Of a DNA stretch of 64,000 nt, positions 12,061 through 25,226 are shown in pieces. How positions within the stretch are numbered: the stretch's first letter is position 1; the number at the start of each line of letters is the position of its first letter. This DNA is from Tubulanus polymorphus (lineage: Eukaryota; Animalia; Nemertea): the NCBI RefSeq assembly GCF_964204645.1, contig NC_134032.1, positions 3,806,175 to 3,870,174 on the forward strand, given 5' to 3'. The translations under genes and the position numbers were made by a program. The notes under the pieces are model-generated. The model saw nothing but the letters and a program-made list of their open reading frames with translations, did no database searches and was not told where the DNA came from.

Positions 12061-13559
12061 AGGCAGAGTAATCGCAAAGGTACAGGACCGAGTAAATTTC
12101 CAAAACGACCTAATCAAGTTGTGTCCCGTACATGGTCAGAAAAGGCATAATATGGATATCGGATACAAAGAAAATCCAGGTTCGTATTATACCTATTGTG
12201 TTCGGGTGTGAAGATTACTTTGTTCGAAAAAAGTTTACTCCGTAATGAAAAGACTATTTAGTTCCACGAAAATCTTTTTCTTTGGAATGAAAAATTTTCG
12301 ATGGATCAATATACTTGTTTGAACGAAAAACTTAATGTTCCGACAAGAAAATTTTGTTCGAATGAAAACAATTTTGCTCAATCGAACAATATACTTTTTA
12401 TAAAAATGAAAAGTTGTTCGAATAAAAAGCTATGTTATTGTTTGGACGAAAAATTGTTTGTCCCGACAAAAAAAAATTGGTGAACGAAAACAATTTTGTT
12501 CGAATAATAGTTTGAATAAAAAGAATTCTGTTCGATCGAACATTTTCGAATTTTTATTTAAAGTTTTGTTCGAACAAAATCATTTTGTTCTGACAAAAAA
12601 ATTATTTTGAACGAAAAGATTTTCAGACGAAAAAAAGATCTTATCATCCGGGGCTCCGTAGTAACTCATCAGGAATTAATAAAATACAAGTTTCATTAAT
12701 GATGAAAGACTCAAATGAAACCCATGTTTATAAAGCTGCCTGCTCAGACGAATGCTAACAGCTTATCAAAAAAAATCTTCATATTAGCTGATGCAGGCCT
12801 AAGTATATGCACGTAGGTCTAGCTTCCAGACAAATGAGGCTTAGACCGATTGCGGTTTAACCCTCGTAAACATCGTATTCCTACACCTCTATTTAACAGG
12901 GTTAGATTTCATGGTGTATTCCATTTGTAATATCAATTTCATTTTCGGACGAAGAAACAAATCATTTGCGCTACGTGTCATAGCAATGTTGTCGGATTTT
13001 CTATTGCAAATTTTGTTTGAATTTCAATCCATGTGTCCGTAAATAAACACAACAATTATATTGTGTTTGTTTGAAACAGTAAAGCACGTAGGCCTCAAAG
13101 TAGCACAACTCAATAAACACTTCAAGCGGCCAAACGGTCTCAGATCACCAGCGGTATCGGAAATACTGAATCCGAATAACAAGCGTTATTTCAGCTTACG
13201 GATAAGCATGTGTTATATACAGTTATTTATCAAATATCCTGTCGATTTGGTAAAGATCGGTGTATACTGAAAACGATACATGGTTGAAGCCCGTGGCCGA
13301 ATCACTGGTAGTAATAAACTAATTTATTTTGGTACCTCGTCAACACTACAGCTTTTCTCTGCTGCATCTTTCCGGCGTGTTTAGTTTAGGCCTACGACTC
13401 GCCGGTACTTTAATGGTACTTAAATGATATATCGTACTAAATATCCGTACCATTTTGTAAAGGAAAATAGAATATTGTTAAACTAACTGCCTGAAGCCCG
13501 TAGCCAAATCACTGGGAGTAATACATTTATTTGTACTTGATTTGATTTTCATGGCGAGG

Positions 13560-14150
13560 AGAATTCGCAGCGGATCCGCGGAACGACGATGTAAAGACAC
13601 ACGTTGATTCATCGATCTTTACAGCTACAGCTCGACAGTGCTTATAATATTTAGAGCAGTAAATATCCCGTGGATGATGAAGTGTACAGATGAAGAAGAT
13701 GGGTAATTGTTAAAATCATTCTTTGAAGACCGCGGCTGAGTGTGAAGTCATGCGGCAATAAATTTGTTTATCTATACTTGAATTGATAATCGCAGTGACG
13801 AGCAGCCTGTGGTGGATTTCGGGATGACGACTCAGAAAACATGTACAGTTAGATCGAAAGTCATTTTCATTGCTCGAAAGGCCAATCAATACACACTAAC
13901 CAGGCGGGGTACGTTTACCTTTTGGCTGCTTACTATAACAGAACCAGAACGAACCATCTAATTGAAGATGCGCTTTCGGAACATTAGCGCCAATGAGAAT
14001 TTTTACCTTACTGGGCTCAACTACACTAAGGATCAAGCCTTTGTAGTGTTCATATTGACAACTTCGAGGATTGTGGAGGATAATTGAGTTCACCTTTATG
14101 CGTCCAGGCGATAGTAACAACGACACGTTCCGCAATAGAATCGAACCCTG
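13560..14150 (-). mobile_element. Degraded BEL/Pao-like pol remnant
   Basis: The minus-strand fragment KVKILIGANVPKAH resembles the BEL/Pao protease-adjacent motif; the rest is fragmentary. Confidence 0.4.
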
Positions 14151-14936
14151 GCACTCACTGTAAACGAGACTCTTTCAGACATTTTAGGCTAACGTATCAA
14201 TCAGATCGATTTCACATGGGCTTCTACTAGCGCATACGTACGTAGAGATACGATGTCCGATTAGCCCTCTGACTATAGAAGCTGATGGGAGCATCCATCT
14301 CAATTTTTGAATCACAGGGGTCACGTGACCGCCGCCATCTTGGACGGGCACCATCTTGGACCACATGAACGTCGTCATATTGGATTAACCACAACTGCAA
14401 TTTCGGTTAAGATGCGTTTATGTCGGAAGTACAGTGTCGATTAGGGTAGCTTTAGCGGGAGGGGTAATAAAAACAGACAAATTCAAATAAGTTGGCAAAT
14501 AAGTAGCTAGCGTCACATTTGAGCCGGTAGCCGAACTATCTTTTGTTCCTGGTTCCTGGTTCCCGGTTCGAAACTAATATTCTGAATAGAAAACGGAACA
14601 AACCAGTAGCAAGCTTCACTGGGGTACGATCAAAACGTTTCCAAAACATTGTAGCGACTTGAATTAAATTTTAAACACCTTTCTTTTCTCTATTGTTGTG
14701 AGTATTCTAAGCAAAAAATACTAATATCCGAATTCCAGAAGTTTCACCGCTTCAGCTTTTCAATTACCTATTGAAGGTCTGGTATCACACCTCCTGTTCA
14801 AATTAGTTTGCCTGCAAGATGATTGGTTTCAATGACATTGCTACAAATTTGTATAAAATTGGAACTAATGCGAATGTATCAGTTTAGATGATAGTAACAG
14901 AGATCTGCTGCAAACCAACGGGATCGTTTGAAAATA

Positions 14937-15887
14937 ATGAACAATACACGAGCATATGTTTACCGTACACCAGGGGAGTTTAGATGGCTAGGTATAGCGT
15001 ACATCACTCCGGCGCTGGTTCTAGTCGGTGCCACGTTTAACGGACTGGTTATCGTCGTATTCCACAAACTGAAAACTAAGAACCGCTGCATCGATTTACT
15101 GAAATACCTCGCACTCGTCGACATCGTGTTTTTACTGTCGAATTTCATTCAGAACCCAGTTCGCTATTACATTCACTATGCGCGATTCGGTTTAGAGTCT
15201 GTTAAGAAATTTCCTGATAACCGAATTTCTCCGATAAACTTAAATATATGGGGAATTATATTTGCTAAAGGATTTCTTGTGTTTCGAAATTACCTAACCG
15301 TCATAATTCAGTGCGAAAGATTGGTTACTATAATTTCCCCGCTACAAATTAAACGCAGCCTAAAACCAGTCATCATAATCACGGGTATATTATCAATATC
15401 TTTATGTACTTACTATCCCATGACACTCATTGTAGTATTGTCCGGAAGATATGAAGGATTCCGCTTCCTTCATTACATAGCCATAAGACGAAATAAACCA
15501 TTTTTTGTTCTAATGAACAGATACATAGAACCAATTATACGAATTATTATTTCAAATATTCTAGTTTTCGCTGCAAACATTGCTCTCATTGTTGTCTTAT
15601 ATGTCAAAAGTAAACAACGCCAAAAAACTCTCTCGGCGACCAAGATCTCAACCTCTCAAAATCAGACTAAAGCAACTAAAATGGTGCTTACAATGAGTAT
15701 TGTTTTTACCGTTCTAGAATTGCCAGGTTTTCTCGGTAAGTTCGGAGGCCGCGTATATCACAAGGATATTATGCATCACATTTACGGGGTTACATCACTT
15801 TTTAATTCGTGTGTCAATTTCATACTTTATATAATTGTAAACAAGCAATTCAGAAAAACGATGTTTCTTTTATTGAAAGCCGTTTGA
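14937..15887 (+). CDS. Intronless class A GPCR, peptide-receptor-like, ~316 aa
   Basis: First ATG at 14937; 7 TM; LALVD in TM2, QCERL (DRY variant), LELP in TM6, VNFILY in TM7, FRK helix 8. Confidence 0.9.
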   Translation: MNNTRAYVYRTPGEFRWLGIAYITPALVLVGATFNGLVIVVFHKLKTKNRCIDLLKYLALVDIVFLLSNFIQNPVRYYIHYARFGLESVKKFPDNRISPINLNIWGIIFAKGFLVFRNYLTVIIQCERLVTIISPLQIKRSLKPVIIITGILSISLCTYYPMTLIVVLSGRYEGFRFLHYIAIRRNKPFFVLMNRYIEPIIRIIISNILVFAANIALIVVLYVKSKQRQKTLSATKISTSQNQTKATKMVLTMSIVFTVLELPGFLGKFGGRVYHKDIMHHIYGVTSLFNSCVNFILYIIVNKQFRKTMFLLLKAV

Positions 15888-16394
15888 ATTCCTTTTCCAT
15901 CAAAATCCGTGGGACAAAGAAAATGACCAGAATATTTTCTATAAAAAAGTGCGACAGTGAAACTCTTATGACCTGCGAACTCTTAGAGTCAATGATTCTA
16001 ACATTTGATTGACGATTGGTAATGTCGTTACACGTGATTCCGGAGTTAGTGACTACAACAGTCTAATTATAGTAGACCCAGCCGTACTCTGGCTGGCTGC
16101 ATCGGTGAAATTCCATACACATTATCTGATCATTCGCGTGAAAATGCTAAATTCCCTGATTTCTTAGTCGGTATTTGGTTAACTTTAAATAAATTACGGT
16201 GACTAGAGCGGAGTCTTCGTATGCAGCCGGGAATTGGAACTCGGTACCCCTTCTACTTACTTTGACGCTATAACCGACGCCGAATTTGACTGGCCAATGA
16301 GTTCATAAAACAAGTTACCCTGTCGTGATTAAAATATGATATGGTGAATTTCTCGCGTTCAATACTTAAATCTATAAAGGTCTATCTATTTGAT

Positions 16395-16570
16395 TCACTT
16401 GTATTCATCTGATGAGGGGATACGATCTCGAAAACGTTCGTGTTTAATAAACCGTTTTTACTCATTAGAAAATGAGGTTTTCAACGTTATCGCTTTTATG
16501 GTTGTTCGGATACTTGAACTCTTTACCCAAGATCAATTTTCTATACCGCGTGAGTATCAGTTTCACTTTC
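16395..16570 (+). mobile_element. Penelope-like element end with minimal hammerhead ribozyme core
   Basis: CTGATGA(16409)-GGGGATACGATCTC-GAAA-ACGTTC followed by AATAAA. This is the arrangement known from Penelope pseudo-LTRs. Confidence 0.5.
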
Positions 16571-16980
16571 AGTTTTGACCATTCGGAAGTTGAGCTTTTC
16601 ATGTTTTCCATTTGACAACCGTAAACCTTTGTAAGTACCTAATAACCCTGATCACGACGAACTAAGACGCACTTAAATATCCCTCCAGGTGATATGAGTC
16701 AATACTGAGATATTGAATTCGGTTCCTAATGACTATTGAAAATATGATCATCACGTAGTTATAATTGTTGTCTCACTCGGCTGAGATGCTAACAGATGGT
16801 TTATATGGATCTTCAATCAATCAACACTGAATATTAATGCAATCATCAGCGCACAGGGCGTGGATGATTAGTCAGAAGTCCCGCGGTATTCGGTAAGGGA
16901 GGAGACCAGTTAGGAGACCGAAAGCAAGTCTAACATATCGAATTTCGGAGCCGCCACGCATCCAGACCGCTGTAGCCAAA

Positions 16981-19900
16981 ATGAAATCAAACTCAACGAT
17001 TGGTTTTCTCATAAAAGGTGCGTCAATTTTTTCCACTGTAAAAACCGTTATTTATGGTGGATGACATGTTAAAAAAAATGTTTGCTGGTTTTTGTTCTCA
17101 CCCGAGCATTCAAAACTTTTTTGATTTCTCACGCGAGAATTTGTAGATAATGTGGTTTTCTCGCGAGAGCTTTCGAAACTGGGTTTTCTGAAAAAGAAAA
17201 CATAAACGTCTTGTCATTTAGTGAAGGATATCATTTTTTCCTTTTACCTCCACAGTTTCGCTGACGGCTGGTTATTTGATTGAAGCGATTCGGGTAAGAA
17301 ACGCAATCCGTATAGTGATACCTGGATGATTATTCGAATCCATCAAATCTACGTTCTAATGAATTGACCACGTGACTGGTTTTTAGGGTACGACTTGTGA
17401 TGCGCGATTCGAACGTTTCGCTACCGATCACGCCATGTGTCTGAAAAGAGGCGCCGACTCAGGTAAGAATACCGCTAAATCGATAAAAACAGAAAATTCT
17501 GTAAACTCGACCGCCGATCACACAACTATGTACTTTTGTACTTCGAGATTTCCGATTTCAAAATCAAACCCTCGGTTTCGCTCGCGGCAGCAGGTGTGGT
17601 GGGTTTGCAAGGGACACCAAATCAAATCAAATCTACGAATCAAGTGAATCAGAGGGTCAATCCTTATTTTCAGAACACGTAATAATAGCTTAAATGTTTA
17701 GAGTGTTTTCCAGATGCTGTTTCTAGTTGTGATGAACTGAAATAGCGTCAAAATAATAACGAAGATTGTAATGTTTGCAAGATTGAAATTTCAGCTAGAT
17801 TTTTATTTCGGATATCCAATTGATTTCATTTAATTGTTCCTTTTCTCGTCCTGTCTAAATTTCGATGAACATCCTCCGGGATCGAATCCCCTCCCTGTCT
17901 GGTTTTGTTTCAGAAATGGACGGCGCCTCACGAGACGTTTTGACAAAAATCGTCAACAGTTATAGAACTCTGAAAATGACCCGCGATCGGAACAGATACA
18001 TGTTCCGTATGGTAAGCTAGTAATAACAATGACAAAAACTACAATAATGATAATTATCAAAGCGATTTATAAAGAGCTTCACCAGGGCGATTTACAAGTT
18101 AAAAATGCCTCCACAAAGAAAGCATTTTAACTGCTCCATCGATGGAAGTGACTTCCCGGCTGTGATAGGAAACTCGTCCCACTTTGGGGCACTGTTGGAA
18201 AATGCACGACCACCATTATACTGTGACTATGAACAACTAATGAAACTTGATTAGCTGATCGAATTGCACGTGTGTGCTGCTTGTTATAGTTGGGTAGTCA
18301 GTGTTAACTAATGATGTTACTCGCAGGTCCTAAGTAGAGCCGGTTTTTGACTCTAAGTGACAGGTTTTGTGCTGGGTGTCAAATCCATTGCATATGGAAG
18401 ACAGACGATGGAAGTCAGTCCATGTGGACGTAACGCTTAAAAATGGGCACATTTCGCGCGCGTTATGAACAGCCCCCGATTTTGTTAGGAACCATTTAAT
18501 AACCGGGAGCCAGACACTTAAATGATAATTTTCTCTTCTCATTACACGTAAACTCCGATATTGCCGATGTTATTGTGTTTCAGTATTGGGATACAGTATT
18601 GAGTCGTATGGCTGAAAACTACGCGTCCACTTGTCCCGATACCGTCATATCCGAAACGAGGAACTATATACCAGGTAATACACAACCATCCAGAAATAAA
18701 ACATGAGACCTCCCTCCGTACAACCCTAATGACGTCATCATCCAATAATATAATCTATACGATTCAGGTCGAGGTCGCGTGGATCAGTTGGTGTTAGTAA
18801 TGGCGGATGAGGTGATGAACGTCTACCGGAATTACGTCACTGCGGCCGAGTCACGTGACTACGCGGGTATTCTCATGGATGTGGCTGGAGAACTCAGTGA
18901 CGGAACGACGAATCAATTTCTGTCGATGTTCCTCTCCCCGGATAATGCGGTGAAAGTAAGAGCTTATAGCACCTCCCGTCGATTCGAAAAAAAAGTTTTG
19001 TATTACCAAAACAAATTCGTTTATTCAAGAACTAATTATCTTATTTTTTCAATTTTTAAAAGTTTTATTTTAAAGTTTTCCACAAACTCAAGATGTAACG
19101 CGCTATGTCAATCATGTCAGGGATTTGATTCTAGAAATGGCTTGATTTCTATGATTATATTTTCTTGTTTCAATGTTATAGTTTGAACATGCTACTGCTA
19201 TGAAGTTGGGCTGCGGTCTGAAGGCGTGTTCACCGCAAAAGAACGTGCTCGTTTGTAACATAGCCCCCAGGTATTTAGCATTTCACTCAAGTTTAGAATT
19301 GATCATGGAGTCACCCGCATGGAGCTTGCAGAATTGGTGTCTAGTGTCAATATCAAATTGCTCCGGGTCGGGTTCCTGCTGAGCTGTCTTTTCAGTAGTA
19401 CATATCTGATAAAGTTGTTTAGTTGGACAAGCACAGATGAGCAGCTTAACTAAAAACATCGATCATTTCATTGAAATTTTACCGAAAATTCTCCTTTAGA
19501 ATTGGGTTGTCTTCAAAGAGACTTTTTGGTAATCTTTCATAAAACAGCATAAAATGGATTTTAAAGGTTGATGTTTCAGTTCAGCTGCCTCAATCTGTGC
19601 TGGTTCAATAAACACCTATCAAGTTTGTTCCACTAAAACTGGCTGAGCTAGGCCACCCAACTGACGTCCTCTCACGCAAAAGTTTAAACAAATATTTACA
19701 AAACGAATATTTGAAAAAATATCAAGAGCTTTAAACCGACCTAATAAGCAGATTATCATAATCAGGCTGTCCCGGGTTCGAAACCGAGTTGATTCCGAGT
19801 TGGTCTCAGATGCTGAATCGATGATAAGAGAGGTCCTAGGTTCGAACCCATTGATTGTAAATTCTAATTGGTTCCTAATTAAACATAAATCATTAATTCG

Positions 19901-21618
19901 GGAATGATCCTACCTTTTGGATTTTCGTTTAACTTAACAATTCCGGACATTCAGTAATTTTTGGAAAGTTCCAAAAGATGGCGAGCTATGATTATGGTCT
20001 TTTCGAACAACATGTCTTTAGTAGCTCCATCGGAATTCAGTCAGTTCCGGTAAATTCTGATAGATGACGATCCATGATTCCAGGAACATCTGCAAATTTT
20101 AATTCATCCTGATTATTTTTGCTTTACCATAGGAAAGTTCGTCAAAACAGTGAGCGAATGTCGAGTGCGGAACCTTCACTGGATTGTCCCGACAACTTCA
20201 ACGCAGAATATCAGTTATGTGGTGAGTTTCAAGTAACGCATTGGGCGGGGGAATATAAAATAAATGAAGGAAAAAGACATTATTTCTTATGACTGGATGA
20301 TCCGATGGAGGTAGGGGTAGTTCAATGTAGACATTTATATGTGGACATGGGGGAGGGAGGTCGAAACTTTGAAATTTAGCGTGGACGTCTTTTGTTGAAA
20401 CTCCTTAAGTTGTTTCATTCGGTAGATCACCATTATAAACAACAATTTTATTCTGGTTGTTTTTATTTGATTGTTTTCAGATTGTGGTGACAGGAATGTG
20501 TGCAGCTATAACGCTTTGCTTTATCCGGTCACCTGCAGTTGTTGGTGCGATAGAGTTTTCGTATCTTCCGTCAAACCGTACGTTAACAGAGACGATTCAT
20601 GTTCGCGTAAGTGTCTCGAAGGTTCTCACGAGATCCCGTCGCGTTTCCCGAAGTTTCTAGCGAGGATCTCGTATGTTCCTCGCGAGAACCTTTGAGGAAC
20701 GATACAGGATCTCGCGAGATCCTTCGAGAAACGATACGGGATCACTTATCGTTTCTCAAATGTTATCGCGAGATCTCGTAATTTTCACGAGGGTTCTCGC
20801 GAGATCCATCTGTACAAATACAATATTATCCTTAACATACAATTTGTATCACATAATTCGTTATCGACAACATTACGCAATATGTTTTATTTTTCAAGGC
20901 GTTGATTAACTTCATTTTCTCGTTTGTTCTGTAGTAAATTGTACAAAAGTGATAACGGATGAAAGTGTGACGCAACAGTTTGACGGGATTGATTCTAACC
21001 TGGAGATGAAGGATTTAGAAGCGTCTTGTATGACACCGGATACATCTCCAACAACTCCAGCTCCAACGACTCCAGCTCCAACGACTCCAGTTCCAACGAC
21101 TCCAGCTCCAACGACTCCAGTTCCGACGACCCCAGCTCCAATGACACCAGCTCCAACGACTCTCGTTCCAACATCAACAACGACTCATAATTCGAAGATA
21201 ACTTCGACTCCAAGTACCAGGACTCCAGCTCCAAGTGCGCCACATCCAGACGAGTCAAACGGTAGGGTATCTCTAGCAGCCAGTGAAGATAGTCACTGAA
21301 AATTTGTCAAATGGCTCGTGAAAAAATTCACTCAACACAACCATTCAGCCGGAGACAGGGTCTCTAGTCGACTTTCCTAAGTGAACATTCAAACTAAAAC
21401 GGTTTTTCGATTTGTTTCTAGGACGACAGAAATTTGTTATCTGCAAGATACGTTTTACCAAGAAAAATGGCCGCTCTCCGGCGCGTCGCCGCAAGAAGAG
21501 GAGATACATGTGTAGGCGGCCTACAAACTCCAGAATATTGAAACATTTATTCGGGCGACTGGCAAATAACACCGCACAGGTGAATATAGCGCCATCTAGT
21601 GGACGACCCCGTGACTAA
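16981..21618 (+). CDS. Secreted CAP/SCP (CRISP/venom-allergen-like) protein with EGF-like module, mucin stalk and cationic tail; 11 exons, ~451 aa
   Basis: Exons 16981-17017, 17256-17293, 17387-17462, 17914-18011, 18584-18674, 18768-18955, 19182-19270, 20133-20221, 20481-20606, 20935-21261 and 21422-21618. All are GT-AG and phase-compatible, totalling 1356 nt. Motifs: signal-like N-terminus, DHAMC, NSYR...MFRMYWDTVLSRMAENYASTC, KLGCGLKAC...VLVCNIAP, CPD...LC-DCG...TCSCWC, (TTPAP)n. The last exon is the least certain. Confidence 0.85.
21051..21170 (+). repeat. Coding 15-bp repeat x8 encoding a TTP(A/V)P mucin-like stalk
   Basis: ACGACTCCAGCTCCA units within exon 10 of the CAP gene. Confidence 0.9.
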
Positions 21619-21894
21619 ACAGGCGAAATCAAATGTCGTAGATGTACTGATGTAGGCGTATGTTTATATGTATATGTATGGCAAATATAGCAAGAAATAC
21701 ATGAACTGCAGCCTACACAAACTATATTAGTTTGATTTCTTACAATGGGCGACTCGTAATCAGAGAGGGTTTAGGGCCGATAAGGTACTGCAGTAACCAT
21801 AGAATGAGCGGGCCGTAGAAACGGCAAACAGTCACCACATCTGACTGGTCACTAGCCACTTCAATCGCTAGACAAAGTTACAAACTTCGTCAGT

Positions 21895-21975
21895 CACTAC
21901 TGGTCTATGGTCGAGTGATTAGCGTGCTCGTCTGGCGCGCGCTGGAGGTCGCCGGTTCGAGTCCATCTTAAGGCG
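21895..21975 (+). mobile_element. tRNA-derived SINE head
   Basis: A-box-like TGGTCGAGTGATTAG and B-box GGTTCGAGTCC at tRNA spacing; no intact acceptor stem. Confidence 0.55.
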
Positions 21976-22480
21976 TATCTTAAGGTAATCGGCATTTTTT
22001 GTCGTTTATTTTATTCTCGTGTTCCAACCTAGTCACTCTGGAAGGTCTAGGATTTTTAGGAGATTATTCCTCATGAAATAAAGAACCATCTTTAACCATT
22101 TCTGGTCGTTGATTTTACAACTTATGACGTCATTCAATGAAATTAATTAATTGCTTATTTCACCCATCGATTCCGGCGCCCAATTAGCGACAACGAAACG
22201 AAAACAAAACAGGGAGTTGGAAACACAGGAATCAATTCTAATTCGATCGCAGCAGCAGCAGCAGCAGCAACCTCCTCTTATCGTTAGATCTTCGGCGCGA
22301 CTACGCAATCTATTATCGGGAGCGTTAGCTTGGCAGCAGCACGTGCAGTTATATATAATTGCTGCGAGGTGACACTAGTGCAGATAATTGAAAAGAAAAA
22401 TCAGCAACTCGGGATGCAACACTGTTTGTTGTCTAACGATCTGGAGCAGGTTCTTCACCTGTACCACTGAAATACTGTTC

Positions 22481-23131
22481 TGGGTCATACTGATTAGCGT
22501 CAACCAATTAATCTAAATCGGGCAAACCATTCAACAACTGTGAATAATTTATTTGCTGTGGCGTGATAATAATTAGTTTTTTTTTGAAGAAATGACATAC
22601 CAACTGTTAGAAAAATGTACCGATTCATATTTTTAGAGGCTACTACTAAATCTATAAAAGGAGGAGTCATAGACAAAGTTGATTTGCTTAGCTGGAGACA
22701 CTTCTTGTCAAGTACATCATCTCAAGTACTGGGTGTTTTGTAAGTTTAATTTCAGTATTTATTTACTAAGTGCTGTTCCCTCGGACCTCAGTGCTTTCAA
22801 ACTAGGCCCACCCCATAGGCTATATAGTCCAGGGTGTATAAGCCACTATTCTTTTATATCCTACTAAAATGCACCTTTTTCTATTTTTAGATTCAGGCTT
22901 AGAATGTGCAAATTTTTTGAGATACTGAGAAATCAGCTGGCACCAGTAAACTTCAACTGCGAAATTTGCAGCAGGATAGCTGAACGACACAATTTAAAAA
23001 AATAAAATGGCTATTCGAATGTTATTTCAATAATAACTTGATTCAACCAGAGAGAAATACAGTACACCCACTTTTCTTCCCTGTTTCCTGGTACCAAATT
23101 TTTAGTCTTAAGCTAAGCGATATTCTAAGGT
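22481..23131 (+). repeat. Dispersed ~650 bp repeat, copy 1 (direct copy at 62462-63129)
   Basis: Near-identical sequence from TGGGTCATACTGATTAGCG to GATATTCTAAGGT at both loci. Confidence 0.9.
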
Positions 23132-23962
23132 ATGCTAGTGGATTTCATTAGAATATGAAGCAATGGAACCAGAATTCTAGCCAGAGTTAAGCGAACTATT
23201 GATTCTGATATAATGTAAGAACTGATTTCCTTTGTGTACTCTTGCAGAATGTGTTATGTATTATTTCAAGCTGTTAAATAATATAGTTAGACAAACGTCC
23301 AATTATTGGATCTTTCTTGTTGACTCGTTTAATTTTGTGAGTTAAGAGTTCCAGTCAATCCACAATGTGCAGTGCCTAGCCTTCATCTACACTAAAGCCA
23401 AGCCTGTGTATGGGAAAATGTCGTTCGACTCCTATAGGCCAGACAAATCAAAGCATGCAATACATTGCAGATAGTAGTCTCCGGCAAGTCGGAAGAGAAA
23501 GTAAACCAGGTTTTACCCCGTACCCTACCCGGGAACAAAGACACTTAAAGATTCCTTCCTCCTTGTAGAAATTGTAGAAATATGGCACCCAATCGTAGCA
23601 ATGCTAAGTACAGTATACTATGACGGTTGAACCTTTATTAACGAATTTCAATGACACCGAAAATAGAATCAAAATAATCATTAGTTCCATGCTAGCACTT
23701 AATTTGGGTTATCAGGTTCAGCCTAACTGTACTTTCATTCAGCTACTACTTGTATGAGACTTGGCAGTGATAAGTTGCAAGAAATCACCAAACATAAGGA
23801 AAAAAAAAATTAAGAATTGATATTACTGTAATTAAGAATTTATTCAAATGAAGTGATAACTTCATTGTTAGATCGTACCGGAATATGCACATAAAACAAA
23901 CAACACATCAAACAATCCACGCAATCCGCAATCGATCAAGTTGAACATGACGACTACCTTAA

Positions 23963-24180
23963 GGCATGTCTCTGTAACCGAAGGTAGATACTAAAACACG
24001 GTTCAGGACTCGGGAGCGGACACCGGCCCGGGAAATATTTCAAAACGTGTATTGTTGGTACCTAGCACGATTTTACTGTTTTTCAGGAATTCCCTGAAAT
24101 GTCGGCGTTTTTCGGAAATTCCCTGAAATTTCAGCGTTTTTATTTCAGCGTTTCAGCTTTTTCAGCGAAGTTCAGGAACC
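23963..24180 (+). mobile_element. Putative DNA-transposon terminus (Kolobok-like, TTAA|GG...); inverted copy at 61872-62068
   Basis: GGCATGTCTCTGTAACCGAAGGTAGA... is preceded by TTAA, and its reverse complement occurs at 61872-62068. Confidence 0.6.
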
Positions 24181-24519
24181 GGAATTTATGCGTTCGTTTT
24201 GGTCTTACTGCAGGTTGTTTGGAGTGGACCTTTGAGCCGACCTTCAGGCTGGTTAGTCATCGCGGACTGTGCGGCGGAATCGGATTTGCCAGATCGAAAA
24301 TAGTTTACCCCTCTACGTCTCTGTTCCGCGTAAATTAGAGGAATAGTTATTCCCCTCTGCGAAATGAGAGTTACGACAGTACTGAAAAACGGCTGAAATC
24401 ATCTAGGAAGTATGCTGAAATTAATGATCACCATGGTAAACACTGGTTACAAATGCATCTGCTAGAAAACTAAAGAAGAGGATATCGAAAGTCATTGATT
24501 GTGAAATCATCCCGGTTCA

Positions 24520-24690
24520 AGAGACGTTTTCCCTACGTTGGTACCGAGGAAAAAGCTGGACGACAGCTTGCCGGAATGTAAAAACCGACGACTACGCGCT
24601 CCTCGCACGGACCTCCACCAGGCCGTGGGAAATGGTTAAAAGGACGAGTTGTTGAGGTATTTCCTAATACAGATGACAAAATCAGTAAAC
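24520..24690 (+). mobile_element. BEL/Pao integrase C-terminal (DUF5641-like) fragment
   Basis: FPTLVPRKSWTTACRNVKTDD.ALL...RGKWLKGRVVEVFPNTDDK. Confidence 0.7.
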
Positions 24691-24856
24691 CGTGAACGGC
24701 TCTATTCTGGTGCGTCCGACAACAAAGTTGGTTGTACCGCTTCCTGTTGAAGCGCAGAGTATTAATGCTCATTGTGATAGCTGAATTATATTTAAAAAGT
24801 ACCATTAATTATCTATCAATTGTGTAATATTAATTGGATTTATCATCGATTTATCA

Positions 24857-24975
24857 TAGATTGGCTATAGAACTAAAATGAACTCAGACTGATCTTAAGT
24901 GGTTAGATTGGCTATAGAACTAAAATGAACTCAGACTGATCTTAAGTGGTTAGATTGGCTATAGAACTAAAATGA
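24857..24975 (+). repeat. 47-bp tandem repeat x2.5
   Basis: TAGATTGGCTATAGAACTAAAATGA... at 24857, 24904 and 24951. Confidence 0.9.
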
Positions 24976-25226
24976 CCTTAACTGGGTCGAAGCACGATAA
25001 AAATAGAGTATAAAAAAGCATTTTCGGTCATGGTTCGTCGTCAGGACGTCACGCATATGTAATGTTTATTTGATTGAATGGGATTGTCCAGGGTTTTAAA
25101 ACGTAACCAACAGCGACCAACGCGTCGAAAACTGTCCTGACCTTTTAGTCGCTGGTCAAAACACACCTCGTAAGCCAAACAACGCTATTCAACGCTTACA
25201 CACTCAGGAGCGGCCAATAATTCGCG

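Noticed and set aside
20995-21258. Minus-strand ORF with (LELES)n repeats
   Set aside because: It is the antisense shadow of the TTPAP-coding exon of the CAP gene.
21895-21975. Functional tRNA gene
   Set aside because: A and B boxes are present but there is no pairing acceptor stem; better explained as a SINE head. The same applies to similar heads at ~19770-19850, ~41640-41700 and ~45985-46040.
22151-22372. PolyQ ORF
   Set aside because: A short (CAG)n microsatellite in an ORF with a non-ATG start and no other coding signal.
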